This document shows positions 11,656 through 21,976 of a stretch of 64,000 nucleotides of DNA, piece after piece. Origin of the DNA: an uncultured Alphaproteobacteria bacterium (GTDB lineage Bacteria; Pseudomonadota; Alphaproteobacteria; HIMB59); contig CACJAI010000005.1 in NCBI GenBank assembly GCA_902591315.1, positions 11,392 through 75,391 on the forward strand, read 5' to 3'. Numbering within the stretch: position 1 is the first letter of the stretch; each line of letters begins with the position of its first letter. The notes beneath the pieces are model-generated. The model was given only the letters and a program-made list of their open reading frames with translations, was not told where the DNA came from and searched no databases. A program made the position numbers and the translations under genes.

Positions 11656-12766
11656 TTATTTGATATAACCTTAGTTTATTAGTTCTATCATAATAAATCA
11701 GACAATTTGCATACAATATATTTTTTAAATTAGAACTTTCTTGATTATTAAATACTTTAATACTTTTCTGATCTTTTAAACCAAATAAAAAAGATTTTCT
11801 TTTCAAAATTTTAAAATTAAATTTAACTTTATTGATGTCAATTAAATCATATTTAATCTGCGATTTTCTACTATTATAAATCTCGATTAATGATTTAATA
11901 ATTATATTGGTCAATACAAAGGAAGAGCATGGGTTTCCAGGAAAAAACATATAAATTTTATTTTTCTTTATAAATAATTTAAAAGGTCTACCTGGTTTTA
12001 AATCAAGACCATCAATAATTAAATTAAAATTTTCAAAATTGATATCATCTTTACTTTTACCTGTGCCCCCAATAATAACTGTAATATCTGATTTTGAATT
12101 GTTTATTTCTTTTAGTAATAATTTTTGATCATCTTTTATATGAATATTCTTTTCAACAATATGATTATTCTTTTTTATAAAATTATTTAAATAATAACCA
12201 TTTGTAGGTAGAATAAAATGACTTTTGGTAAATTCGCTACCTGTCGAAATAATTTTAAATTTTAATTGTTGTAGAATTTTGACTTTTATATCTTTAAGGC
12301 TTTTTATACAACTTAATTCATAAAAAGATAAATATTTATTTTGAAAGTTTATTTTAGTACCTTTTTTGAAGATATGTCCTTTTTTTCTAATGAATTTATT
12401 ATTTTTATTAAAATTAATTACATAAGCATTTCCTTTATTTATAAAAATTTGCTCTTGGGGAACTATATATTTTATATTATCAGGAATTAGTGACCCAGTT
12501 TTTACAATTAAACACTCATTTAGATTTACCTTTATTTTATTAAAAATATTTAATTTCGATTTTCCAATAATTTTAAATTTCTTTCCCAGATTTGTAATTG
12601 CTATACCATCCATTGATGATTGATTGTGAGGAGGTATATTTTTCTTAATCACTATATTAGATTTGATTAAATGATTATTATTTAAGTTTTGACTTAAAAT
12701 TGATGAAAATTTATTTTTAGGAAGATAACTTGAAATTAATTTAATTGTCTTAAAAATGTCATCCAA
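11648..12766 (-). CDS. moeA: Molybdopterin molybdotransferase (divergent)
   Basis: S-x-MDG-x-A, TGS-x-IP, STGSE, KPGRP, PGNP-x-SS; next to moaC. Confidence 0.85.
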   Translation of the reverse strand: MDDIFKTIKLISSYLPKNKFSSILSQNLNNNHLIKSNIVIKKNIPPHNQSSMDGIAITNLGKKFKIIGKSKLNIFNKIKVNLNECLIVKTGSLIPDNIKYIVPQEQIFINKGNAYVINFNKNNKFIRKKGHIFKKGTKINFQNKYLSFYELSCIKSLKDIKVKILQQLKFKIISTGSEFTKSHFILPTNGYYLNNFIKKNNHIVEKNIHIKDDQKLLLKEINNSKSDITVIIGGTGKSKDDINFENFNLIIDGLDLKPGRPFKLFIKKNKIYMFFPGNPCSSFVLTNIIIKSLIEIYNSRKSQIKYDLIDINKVKFNFKILKRKSFLFGLKDQKSIKVFNNQESSNLKNILYANCLIYYDRTNKLRLYQIND

Positions 12767-13223
12767 TATTGTTTTTACCTCCTCTTTTTTTTATTATTTC
12801 AATTTTTTTGATAGTTATCTTTTTTTTATAAGACTTAAGCATATCAAAAGTTGTAATAGAGGCACACGATACAGAATTTAAGGCTTCTATTTCTAATCCT
12901 GTTGAGTAGTTTGATTTCACAACACTTTTTATTTCTATATATTTCTCGTCCCTTAAATTAAGAGACAAAGAAACATAATCTATTGGAATATTGTGTGTTA
13001 ATGGTATCTGAAGCGAGGTATTTTTGGCAGCAAATATTCCTGCAACCTTGGCTGTATTAAATAAATTATTTTTTAGTTCTTTATCGCCTTTAATTATTGA
13101 ATATAGTTTTTTGTCAATTTCAATTAAAGCCCTTGCCTCAGCAATTCTTTTTGTTTTATTTTTTTTTGATATATCAACCATTTCAATATTTTTATTTTTT
13201 TTATTGAAGTGTGATAAACTCAT
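12759..13223 (-). CDS. moaC: Cyclic pyranopterin monophosphate synthase
   Basis: LSHF, MVDIS-x-K, AGIFAAK-x-TS-x-x-IPL-x-H, TGLEIEAL, FDMLK, K-x-GGK. Confidence 0.95.
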   Translation of the reverse strand: MSLSHFNKKNKNIEMVDISKKNKTKRIAEARALIEIDKKLYSIIKGDKELKNNLFNTAKVAGIFAAKNTSLQIPLTHNIPIDYVSLSLNLRDEKYIEIKSVVKSNYSTGLEIEALNSVSCASITTFDMLKSYKKKITIKKIEIIKKRGGKNNIG

Positions 13224-13993
13224 TAAGCCTCATATAATCTATTAATATATTTAGTTTTATTATCATTTTTTAAAATACTACCACCTATTAAAAAAGAAGA
13301 AATTCCACTTTCTTTTTTAATTTTTTTTATATTTGAAATTGTAACTCCACTTTCGCTAACTATTATTTTATTTTTTAATATTTTAGATAGTTTTATTGAT
13401 TTATTTATATCTATCTTTTGTTCTTTAAGATTTCTATTATTGATTCCAATTAATTTTGCATCTATGCCCTCAATTTTCGTTGCTTCAGTAATATTTTCAA
13501 TCTCTATTAATACATCTAGACCAACATCAATTGCCAAATTATGTAATTTTTCTATATTTGATTTAGATAAAATTTTTGCAATTAATAATATAGCATCTGC
13601 ACCGAATTCTTTAGTTTCAAATACTTGTGTTTCATTTATTATAAAATCTTTTCTGATAATTGGTTTATCAGTAATTTTTTTTGCAATCGTTATATCATTT
13701 AAACTTCCACCAAAATTTTTGTCGGTTAAGATGGATATACAACAACATTTTGATTTATGATATTGTTCGAGAACATCCTGAATATACTTTATTTTATTAA
13801 AATTTTTTACTGAAGGGCTATATCTTTTAAATTCAGCTATAAGAGCATTTTTATTAATATGTAGATTACTTTCAATTTCACTAAGAAAGTATTTTGACTT
13901 ACTATATTTGGAATTCTTTTTTTTATTTATTTTTTGACTTAAATATTTTGTATGATTAGTTTTTTCTAGAACTATTTTATCTAAAATATTCAT
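13223..13993 (-). CDS. trpC: Indole-3-glycerol phosphate synthase
   Basis: LIAEFKRYSPS, SILTD, RKDFI, GADAILLI, GINNRNL, VSESG. Confidence 0.96.
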   Translation of the reverse strand: MNILDKIVLEKTNHTKYLSQKINKKKNSKYSKSKYFLSEIESNLHINKNALIAEFKRYSPSVKNFNKIKYIQDVLEQYHKSKCCCISILTDKNFGGSLNDITIAKKITDKPIIRKDFIINETQVFETKEFGADAILLIAKILSKSNIEKLHNLAIDVGLDVLIEIENITEATKIEGIDAKLIGINNRNLKEQKIDINKSIKLSKILKNKIIVSESGVTISNIKKIKKESGISSFLIGGSILKNDNKTKYINRLYEA

Positions 13994-14976
13994 TAATCTT
14001 TAATTTTGTTTAATTGATTTAGAGCTTTATAGGTATCAAGAGAATTACTTAATATATCAAAGCATTCATCAAATTTATAATTAGGTTTTATTGTTTGCAT
14101 CGCATAAATTGAATTAATAATAGTTATATCTCTGTAACTATCTTTTTTTCCTTGATATAATTCAATCAGCCTGCTTGCGTTATAAGAGGGAGCACCTCCT
14201 TTAATATCCTTAAAATTTAATTTAGATGAAAGGTATTTTTTATATTTTGTATGAGATATTTTCTTTTTAATGATATTTTTTCCTCTTTTAAAATAAAAAT
14301 TTGTTGGAGCAAATATACTTATTTCGTCTAATCCATCATCTGAGAAAAAAATTGTAGAATTTTTATTATCAATTTTAGATAGTATTTTTAGCATAATCTC
14401 TGATGAGTTTTTATCCACTGTGCCTAATATTTGATATTTTGCGCCTAATGGATTTAATGTAGGACCCATATAATTAAATATTGTTTTTATACCTAATTTT
14501 TTTCTTACTTCTCCAACTTTACTAAGATTTGGATAAAAAAAAGGTGCATTTAAATAGACAAATTTATCATTTGTTATTTTATTAATTATCTTCTTCGAGT
14601 CTTTTTCACTAGATATATTCAATTCAGAAATAATATCAGAAGAACCACTTAATGAGCTAGCAGCACGATTACCATGTTTTGCAATTGGAATATCTACAGA
14701 TGATAACAATATAGCTACTGTTGTTGATATATTTAATGTCTTTAACCCATCACCTCCAGTCCCACATGTATCCAAAGAATTAGAATATTTTTTTATTTTA
14801 TTAGAATTTTTAAAAATAAATTTTCTTAGAGATAAAAGTATATCACTATTATTTATTAATTTATTTAGTTGATGAATAATAATCGCTTGATGAGAAATAT
14901 TATCTGAGTCAAATAAATACTTAATAGCATATTCAACATTTCTCTTAGTTATTGAGTCATCTATTTTAAATTTCAT
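13993..14976 (-). CDS. trpD: Anthranilate phosphoribosyltransferase
   Basis: DTCGTGGDG, NISTT, KHGNRAASS-x-SGS-x-D, DGLDEIS; ATG at 14976 overlaps trpG stop. Confidence 0.95.
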   Translation of the reverse strand: MKFKIDDSITKRNVEYAIKYLFDSDNISHQAIIIHQLNKLINNSDILLSLRKFIFKNSNKIKKYSNSLDTCGTGGDGLKTLNISTTVAILLSSVDIPIAKHGNRAASSLSGSSDIISELNISSEKDSKKIINKITNDKFVYLNAPFFYPNLSKVGEVRKKLGIKTIFNYMGPTLNPLGAKYQILGTVDKNSSEIMLKILSKIDNKNSTIFFSDDGLDEISIFAPTNFYFKRGKNIIKKKISHTKYKKYLSSKLNFKDIKGGAPSYNASRLIELYQGKKDSYRDITIINSIYAMQTIKPNYKFDECFDILSNSLDTYKALNQLNKIKD

Positions 14977-15542
14977 ATACAATCCATAAAATTTTCTAAA
15001 ATCTTTGAACCCACATGAGTCTCAATACTCTCGGGATGATATTGCACACCATAAATAGAAAATAATTCATGTTTAAAACTCATTATAATTTTATCATCTT
15101 CCGAAATGCTTGTTATTTTTAAATTTTGAGGAAAATTATTTTTATTTAGGTATAAAGAGTGATACCTAGTTGCACGAAACTTTTTATCAATATTATTATA
15201 TATCTTACATTCATTTATTTTTTTTAAATTTGATACTTTTCCATGCATTGGTGTACTTAATGTGTCTATTTTAGCTCCAAAATAGACTCCTAAAATTTGA
15301 TGACCTAAACAAACACCTAATATTGGTATAAATGAGTATATTTGATGAACTAAATTAAGACATTCTCCAGCATTAAAAGGATTACTTGGTCCAGGTGATA
15401 TTACAACACCTTTGCTATTAATAATTTTATCAATATTTTTTAAAATTAAGTCATTTTTGATAACTAAAACTTGATCTTTTTTACTTAAACAATGATACAG
15501 ATTATATGTAAAGCTATCGTAATTATCTATGAGAGTTATCAT
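14973..15542 (-). CDS. trpG: Anthranilate synthase component II
   Basis: IDNYDSFTYNL, SPGP, GVCLGHQ, RYHSL, GVQYHPES. Confidence 0.96.
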   Translation of the reverse strand: MITLIDNYDSFTYNLYHCLSKKDQVLVIKNDLILKNIDKIINSKGVVISPGPSNPFNAGECLNLVHQIYSFIPILGVCLGHQILGVYFGAKIDTLSTPMHGKVSNLKKINECKIYNNIDKKFRATRYHSLYLNKNNFPQNLKITSISEDDKIIMSFKHELFSIYGVQYHPESIETHVGSKILENFMDCI

Positions 15543-16930
15543 TATATGTTATGAGCTAAATTGTAAGCTTCAAATAAAGCACTAGCTTTATTGATACACT
15601 CACTATGTTCATTTTCAGGTATGCTGTCAAAAACAATACCTGCTCCACTCTGTGCATATATTTTTTTATTTTTAATCATTGCAGTTCTGAGATTAATACA
15701 ACTATCCATATCTCCATTTGCATCTAAATAAAAAACCGAACCTGAATAAAATTCCCTATTAATTTCTTCATGTTTTTCTAATATTTCTAGAGCTCTGATT
15801 TTAGGTGCTCCAGAAACAGTTCCTGCTGGCAAGCCAGCAAAGAGAACATCTATTGGTGTCAAATTATTTTTTAATTCTCCAGTAACATTACTGACTATAT
15901 GCATTACATGAGAATAATACTCTATTATATTTTGTTCAGTTACTTTTACAGTATTATTTTTTGAAATTTGACCAACATCATTTCTACCTAAATCAACTAG
16001 CATTAAATGTTCAGCTAGTTCTTTTTTATCCTTAATTAATTCATTTTTTAAATTATTATCTTCAATCTCATTTTTACCCCTTCTTCTAGTTCCAGCAATA
16101 GGTCTAAGTGTAATTTCTTTATTTTTTACTTTAATCATAGTCTCAGGACTTGAGCAGATAATTTGATAATTTTTTAGATTTAAAAAAACAAGATAAGGTG
16201 AGGGATTAATTGATCTTAATGCTCTATAAAAATTAAATGGATCAATTAAATAGTCATTAGAAAATCTTTGAGAAAGAACAGCTTGAAATATTTCACCAAC
16301 TTTAATATCTTTTTTTATTTCCTTAACTTTTTTAATAAATTCCTCTTTCTTAATATGGTTCTTAAATTTTTTAAGTTTACTGAAATTTAATTTTTTATTT
16401 TTGGAAAAAGGTTCTTTAAGTATATTTTCTAATTTTTTAAGTGATTTTACTGGATTTTTCTTGATATTTGAAACTTCAATTAAATGTGTCTCATTAAGAA
16501 CATTATCTATGATTATTAGATTTCTTGGTTTTACAAAATGTGCAAGTGGTAATCCAATTTCATTCTTATCAGGCTCATAACTTAGTTTAGGAAGGGTAAA
16601 CTTACATAAATCAAATGATACATTACCAATAAATATCGGAAGAGGTATATTTTCATCATATATAGTTTTAATTTTTAAATTTTTATAAATATCCTTTATA
16701 AAAGAGTCTGGTGATTTAATTTTTTTCTTTTGATTATTTAAATACACATAATTATGAAAAATTTCAACATTTTGTAATATATTAAAAAGAATTATAGAGT
16801 ATCTACCTTTATTATCACCTCCAATGACTGATTCTAAAATGGAGACATCTTTAAATTTATTTGCAAGTTTATTATAAATTGTAATTGTATTTTCAGTATC
16901 TAGAAAAACTTTTTTACCGTGAACATACAT
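15542..16930 (-). CDS. trpE: Anthranilate synthase component I
   Basis: LESV...GRYS, NPSPY, SPE, PIAGT, EHLMLVDLGRND, PAGTVSGAPK; ATG 16930 directly follows ppiD stop (alternative TTG 16960). Confidence 0.96.
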   Translation of the reverse strand: MYVHGKKVFLDTENTITIYNKLANKFKDVSILESVIGGDNKGRYSIILFNILQNVEIFHNYVYLNNQKKKIKSPDSFIKDIYKNLKIKTIYDENIPLPIFIGNVSFDLCKFTLPKLSYEPDKNEIGLPLAHFVKPRNLIIIDNVLNETHLIEVSNIKKNPVKSLKKLENILKEPFSKNKKLNFSKLKKFKNHIKKEEFIKKVKEIKKDIKVGEIFQAVLSQRFSNDYLIDPFNFYRALRSINPSPYLVFLNLKNYQIICSSPETMIKVKNKEITLRPIAGTRRRGKNEIEDNNLKNELIKDKKELAEHLMLVDLGRNDVGQISKNNTVKVTEQNIIEYYSHVMHIVSNVTGELKNNLTPIDVLFAGLPAGTVSGAPKIRALEILEKHEEINREFYSGSVFYLDANGDMDSCINLRTAMIKNKKIYAQSGAGIVFDSIPENEHSECINKASALFEAYNLAHNI

Positions 16931-16931
16931 A

Positions 16932-18473
16932 TTAAAGTTGTAAAAGTTGTTCGTTATCAACTTCTATATCTAGAGTATCTTTTATTTCTTTAATAATTTT
17001 TGAATATATTAAATTAACTATATTTTGTTTTATATTTAGAGAGTCAATAGATCCAATTGAATTTATATCTAAATAAATAACTTCATTTGGCAACACTACT
17101 TTTAATTTTTGATCTTTTTTAATAATAATTATTTTTTCTAAAATTTCTGGCTCAATAAAATTATTTTTAATAGTTAGAGAGTCAGTAAAATAGTTGACCT
17201 TTACTGTTCCTGCTTTTTTTAATAACTCATCATCGTGCGAAATGTCTATATTTTTTTTATAATTGCTAAAAGAATTTAGAAATTTTTCTTTGAAATCCAA
17301 TGGTAGTTCTTCTTTAAATATATTTTGAACATTAAATTGAAATAAGAAATTATCTTTTTTTATTTCCCCAGATGATTGATTAAAGTTAATAAAACTGTAT
17401 TGATCAGGAATATTTTCTAAAAAATTAAATGAATTACTAAAGAAGATTTGATTGGTACTATAGCTATCTAAATTTTTAATATCATTTGTTATAGTAAAAT
17501 TTTCTATTTCTAATTTAGTTAAAGTCGCTAATATATCCTCATAAACATTCTTTAACGTCTTTTGATTTTCTTCTTCAAAAGATAAAAGTTTTACAAAAAA
17601 GTATTTTTCTCCAATCTTAATATTGTTACCTTCATCTCCTATACTAAGTTTTTCTAATATTTCAAGAATTTGAGGTAATATAAATTTTTCATCAACGTTT
17701 TCGAATACTTTGAATTGAGATTCATCACTTTCTTTCAGCTCATTAAAATTTTTATTTGAAATACTATCTAAAATAATTTGTTCATAGCTATAATTTTTGG
17801 GCTCAATAAATTTATTTATATTTGCCTCATAATATTCATTTATAATGTTATCAGTTAGTAGTTCTTCTTGAATATAATTTTTGAGATTTATTTCATTTAT
17901 TGAAATTTCATATAATTCGTTATTGGAGTAAAAATCATCCTCTAATTGATAATTGAGTAGATTATCGTCATTCTTAATCTCATATATATTTAATTCTTTC
18001 TCAACCAGAAGATCTGGATTAATTTCGTGACTAACTAACTTCTGCGCATCAAGGCTATCATTGAATAAATCAATATAAATATTACCCTCAATTTCCTTTA
18101 AGTAATTTTGAAGTGATGCTTCATCTAGATTTCTAAACATTTCGTCATTATTTAATGATTTCTTTAAAACTACTTTTTTGGAATTATCACTTATACTAAT
18201 TTTTTCATCTAAATAACTAAGAAAAACAAGTTCATTTACATATTCATTTGTAAATTGAATTTTTGAAAATAACTCCTCTTGTTCTGATAAATTAGAAAGG
18301 CCATTTTCTGATTTATAATTTTCATATGCTCTAGAAAATTCAGATGTTGATATTTTTTGGTCTCCTACTTTTAAAACATAATTTTTACCCACATATGATC
18401 CAAATCCGATAAATAAGAAACTTATGCCTAGTGCAGCACTAAATATTATAACTATTAGTTTTTTAGTTTTCAT
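16932..18473 (-). CDS. ppiD: PpiD-like membrane-anchored periplasmic chaperone (SurA N-terminal domain, degenerate parvulin)
   Basis: N-terminal TM then V-x-KVG-x-x-x-IS-x-x-EF; acidic body with YYEAN-x-x-KF-x-x-P; usual position between trpE and tpiA; start moved to ATG 18473 (MKTKKL). Confidence 0.75.
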   Translation of the reverse strand: MKTKKLIVIIFSAALGISFLFIGFGSYVGKNYVLKVGDQKISTSEFSRAYENYKSENGLSNLSEQEELFSKIQFTNEYVNELVFLSYLDEKISISDNSKKVVLKKSLNNDEMFRNLDEASLQNYLKEIEGNIYIDLFNDSLDAQKLVSHEINPDLLVEKELNIYEIKNDDNLLNYQLEDDFYSNNELYEISINEINLKNYIQEELLTDNIINEYYEANINKFIEPKNYSYEQIILDSISNKNFNELKESDESQFKVFENVDEKFILPQILEILEKLSIGDEGNNIKIGEKYFFVKLLSFEEENQKTLKNVYEDILATLTKLEIENFTITNDIKNLDSYSTNQIFFSNSFNFLENIPDQYSFINFNQSSGEIKKDNFLFQFNVQNIFKEELPLDFKEKFLNSFSNYKKNIDISHDDELLKKAGTVKVNYFTDSLTIKNNFIEPEILEKIIIIKKDQKLKVVLPNEVIYLDINSIGSIDSLNIKQNIVNLIYSKIIKEIKDTLDIEVDNEQLLQL

Positions 18474-18504
18474 TTTTATAAGTATTTTGATATCAGTTAA
18501 CCTA
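18474..18504. promoter_or_regulatory. 31-bp divergent promoter region ppiD/tpiA with central palindrome TGATATCA (18488-18495)
   Basis: Only non-coding DNA between two divergent ~10-kb gene runs; palindrome reads TG-n-TATCA on both strands. Confidence 0.5.
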
Positions 18505-19215
18505 ATGAAATATATAATATTTAATTGGAAATCATATTTAAATATATCTGAAAGTATGAACTTATCAAAGGTAGTGTCTAAACTACCAAGCACAAAGAAA
18601 TACAAACTAATTTCTAGTCCTAATAACTTTTATAATCTAACTCTCAAATCCAGATATCCAAAAAATATCTACGCTGCACAAAATGTAGATTTACATGGAA
18701 AAGGTGCTTCTACAGGGTCTATAGATATTCAAGATTTAGTTAGTAATAAGATAAAATTTTGTATTCTAGGTCATTCAGAAGTTAGGTCTAATTTTGGTGA
18801 AACAGATTTGATTATACAAAAAAAAACTGATCTTTGTCTGCATAACAAAATTACACCAATTGTTTGTATTGGAGAGCCTGTAGATATTTATAAATCAAAA
18901 AAAACTAAAAATTTTTTAAAAAAACAAATAAATAAAATATTCAAAAAATCAAATATTTATAATGAAGTTATATTAGCTTATGAGCCTTTATGGTCAATTG
19001 GTACAGGATTAACACCAAAAATGTCAGAAATTAATGATATTTTGCATTTTTTGACCAAAATATTAAAAAATTATTCTTTTAAAAAAATAAAAATTTTATA
19101 TGGTGGTTCCGTAAATTTATCTAATATAAAAGAAATTTTAAGTTTACAAAAATTAGATGGGGTTTTGGTAGGCTCTGCTTCAACAAAACCTTCATTTATT
19201 AATTACTTTAAATAA
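18505..19215 (+). CDS. tpiA: Triosephosphate isomerase
   Basis: NWK, AQN, GHSE, AYEPLWSIGTG, LYGGSV, DGVLVG-x-AS; start moved to ATG 18505 (MKYIIFNWK). Confidence 0.95.
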   Translation: MKYIIFNWKSYLNISESMNLSKVVSKLPSTKKYKLISSPNNFYNLTLKSRYPKNIYAAQNVDLHGKGASTGSIDIQDLVSNKIKFCILGHSEVRSNFGETDLIIQKKTDLCLHNKITPIVCIGEPVDIYKSKKTKNFLKKQINKIFKKSNIYNEVILAYEPLWSIGTGLTPKMSEINDILHFLTKILKNYSFKKIKILYGGSVNLSNIKEILSLQKLDGVLVGSASTKPSFINYFK

Positions 19216-19219
19216 TAAT

Positions 19220-19543
19220 ATGATAAACCTTTTTTTAATTATCAGTGCAATTATTGGAGTGGTGCTCACTTTAATTATACTTTTTCAAAAAACTGAAGGT
19301 GGAAGTCTTGGGCTAGGCACTCAAACATCTCTTACTGGTGGAATGACAACAAATAAATCCTCTTTTTCAGGAATGACTAAAATTACTTATGTTTTAGGTT
19401 TTGGTTTTTTATTTTGGTGTTTGTTCATGGGCGCAATTATTACAAAACAATATTCATCTTCAACTGATTTAGAAACTATTCAAGAAGAAATTATTTTAGA
19501 CGACTCAATAGAGGAAATGATTCCAGAAGTGCCTAATCAGTGA
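19220..19543 (+). CDS. secG: Preprotein translocase subunit SecG
   Basis: Two TMs, IL-x-Q-x-x-EGGSLG, MTKIT; tpiA-secG-pyrG synteny. Confidence 0.92.
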   Translation: MINLFLIISAIIGVVLTLIILFQKTEGGSLGLGTQTSLTGGMTTNKSSFSGMTKITYVLGFGFLFWCLFMGAIITKQYSSSTDLETIQEEIILDDSIEEMIPEVPNQ

Positions 19544-21159
19544 AATTAATTTTCGTTACCGGAGGTGTTGTTTCATCGCTAGGTAAGGGAATAGTCACTG
19601 CATCATTAGCCTCTCTTCTTAGATCTAGAGGTATTAAACTAAAAATTAGAAAATTAGATCCATATCTAAACGTTGATCCTGGAACAATGAGTCCATACCA
19701 ACATGGTGAAGTTTATGTTACTGATGATGGTTATGAGACTGATTTAGACTTAGGCCATTATGAGAGGTTTACAGATATAAAATGTTCTAAAAATGACTCT
19801 ATTTCATCGGGTAAAATTTACTCGACTATACTATCAAAAGAAAGAAAAGGTGAATATTTAGGATCCACAGTACAAGTAATACCTCACGTCACTGAAGAAA
19901 TTAAAAATTCGATAAAAAAATCAACTAATAAAGATGATGTTATTATTTGTGAAATAGGGGGCACTGTTGGTGATATTGAAAGTCTTCCTTTCTTGGAAGC
20001 TATTAGACAATTTAAAAACGAAAGACAGCTAGACACACTCCTAATACATTTAACTTTATTGCCATATATAGAAACATCCGGTGAAATTAAAACAAAGCCC
20101 ACTCAGCACTCTGTTAAAGAGCTTTTAAATGCAGGAATTCAGCCTGATATTATTGTTTGTAGAAGTAATAAAAAAATAAAGTATGAAGAAATTCAAAAAA
20201 TTAGTTTGTTTTGTAATGTACCAACTAATGCTGTTATTCCATCCTATGATGTAGGAAGTATATATCAAGTACCTTCTTTATTATCTAAATCTAAATTAGA
20301 TGACTTAGTCATAAAAAATTTAAATATAAAATCTACAAAGAAAAAAGATCTTTCAAAATGGACAAATTTTGAAGTATTAGAGTCAAGAGCAAAAGAGGAA
20401 CTAAATATTTTTATAATTGGAAAATATGTTCATTTAAAAGATAGTTATAAATCTCTCTACGAAGCTATTTATCATGCAGGTGTTCACAATAAAGTAAATG
20501 TTAAAATCAAATGGATTGACTCTGAGACAATAAACAAAAAAAATGTTGATGAGTTATTAATTAAGGCCGCAGGTATACTTATACCTGGTGGTTTTGGCAA
20601 TAGAGGTATAAGTGGAAAAATAGAAGCTATTAGGTATGCTAGAGAAAATCAAATTCCATTCTTAGGAATTTGTTTGGGCATGCAATTATCAATTATTGAA
20701 TTTACAAAAAATGTTTTAAAAATGAAAAACTCAGGCAGCTCTGAATTTGGCAAGCATACTAATAATGTCATATCGTTAATGACCGAATGGAGTAAAAAAA
20801 ACCAAAAGGTTACAAGAACAAAAGAAAATGATTTAGGTGCTACTATGAGATTGGGCTCTTATCCTTGTTATATAAAACATAAATCTTTAGCCTCAAAAAT
20901 TTATAAAAAAAAATTAATTCACGAAAGACATAGACATAGGTATGAAGTGAATCCTAAATATAGATCTTCAATAGAAAAAAAAGGTCTTGTCTTCTCTGGA
21001 TTTTCAAAAGATAAAAAATTATTAGAAATCATTGAAAATAAAAATCATAAATGGTTCCTAGGTGTTCAATTTCATCCTGAGCTGAAATCTAAACCGTTTA
21101 AGCCTCACCCAATATTTTTCTCATTTATAAAAAATAGTTTAATGAATAAAAATGCCTAG
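19540..21159 (+). CDS. pyrG: CTP synthase
   Basis: VTGGVVSSLGKG, KLDPYLNVDPGTMSP, GICLGMQ, ERHRHRYE, QFHPE. Confidence 0.99.
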   Translation: MKLIFVTGGVVSSLGKGIVTASLASLLRSRGIKLKIRKLDPYLNVDPGTMSPYQHGEVYVTDDGYETDLDLGHYERFTDIKCSKNDSISSGKIYSTILSKERKGEYLGSTVQVIPHVTEEIKNSIKKSTNKDDVIICEIGGTVGDIESLPFLEAIRQFKNERQLDTLLIHLTLLPYIETSGEIKTKPTQHSVKELLNAGIQPDIIVCRSNKKIKYEEIQKISLFCNVPTNAVIPSYDVGSIYQVPSLLSKSKLDDLVIKNLNIKSTKKKDLSKWTNFEVLESRAKEELNIFIIGKYVHLKDSYKSLYEAIYHAGVHNKVNVKIKWIDSETINKKNVDELLIKAAGILIPGGFGNRGISGKIEAIRYARENQIPFLGICLGMQLSIIEFTKNVLKMKNSGSSEFGKHTNNVISLMTEWSKKNQKVTRTKENDLGATMRLGSYPCYIKHKSLASKIYKKKLIHERHRHRYEVNPKYRSSIEKKGLVFSGFSKDKKLLEIIENKNHKWFLGVQFHPELKSKPFKPHPIFFSFIKNSLMNKNA

Positions 21160-21976
21160 ATCTGTCCAATTATCTAAAAATCTTATTAAAAATGATACTG
21201 ACAGACTGACTCTAATATCTGGTCCATGCTTGTTAGAAAATGAAAAACTAGTAAGAAAAGTTGCAAAATCTCTAATTAAATATGCAAAAAAAGAAAAGTT
21301 TAATTTAGTATTCAAATGTAGTTTTGACAAAGCTAATAGAAGTTCTCATAAAACAATACGTCATAAAATTTCCCTTGATAAGTCCATAGATATATTAAAA
21401 AATCTCAAAAAAGATTTGAAAATATCTATTACTTCCGACGTTCATGAGACTTTTCAAGTTGATCAGTTGGCTGAATTTCTTGATGTAATACAAATTCCAG
21501 CTTTTTTATGTAGACAAACAGATTTAATTAAAGCTGCTGCACAAACAAAAAAGATTGTAAATGTTAAAAAAGGACAGTTTTTATCTCATAAAGAAGTTTC
21601 AAATATCATAAATAAAATCGAAAATGAAAATAACAAAAAAATTTTAATAACTGAAAGGGGAAATTCATTTGGATATAATTATTTAATAAATGACTTTAAA
21701 GGTATTCATTTAATGAAAACATTTGGATACCCAATTATTTTTGACTCAACACACAGTGTACAACTACCTGGTGGTTTGGGTAAAAAAAGTGGAGGTGCTA
21801 GAGAGTATGTGACACCATTATCGAAAGCTGCTTCATCTTTAAGGATTGCAGGTTTCTTCATTGAAACGCACCCAAACCCAGAAACGGCATTAAGTGATGG
21901 TCCTAATATGGTATATTTACATAAAATGCCAGAACTCTTAAATGCTATAAACAAAATAAATAAGGCGGCAAAATAA
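21152..21976 (+). CDS. kdsA: KDO 8-phosphate synthase
   Basis: GPC-x-x-E, SFDKANRSS, QIPAFLCRQTD, NVKKGQF, D-x-THSVQ-x-PG, ETHP. Confidence 0.98.
   Translation: MPRSVQLSKNLIKNDTDRLTLISGPCLLENEKLVRKVAKSLIKYAKKEKFNLVFKCSFDKANRSSHKTIRHKISLDKSIDILKNLKKDLKISITSDVHETFQVDQLAEFLDVIQIPAFLCRQTDLIKAAAQTKKIVNVKKGQFLSHKEVSNIINKIENENNKKILITERGNSFGYNYLINDFKGIHLMKTFGYPIIFDSTHSVQLPGGLGKKSGGAREYVTPLSKAASSLRIAGFFIETHPNPETALSDGPNMVYLHKMPELLNAINKINKAAK

Noticed and set aside
18424-18605. Apparent long overlap of ppiD and tpiA in the ORF track
   Set aside because: Artefact of longest-ORF starts; homology starts are 18473 and 18505
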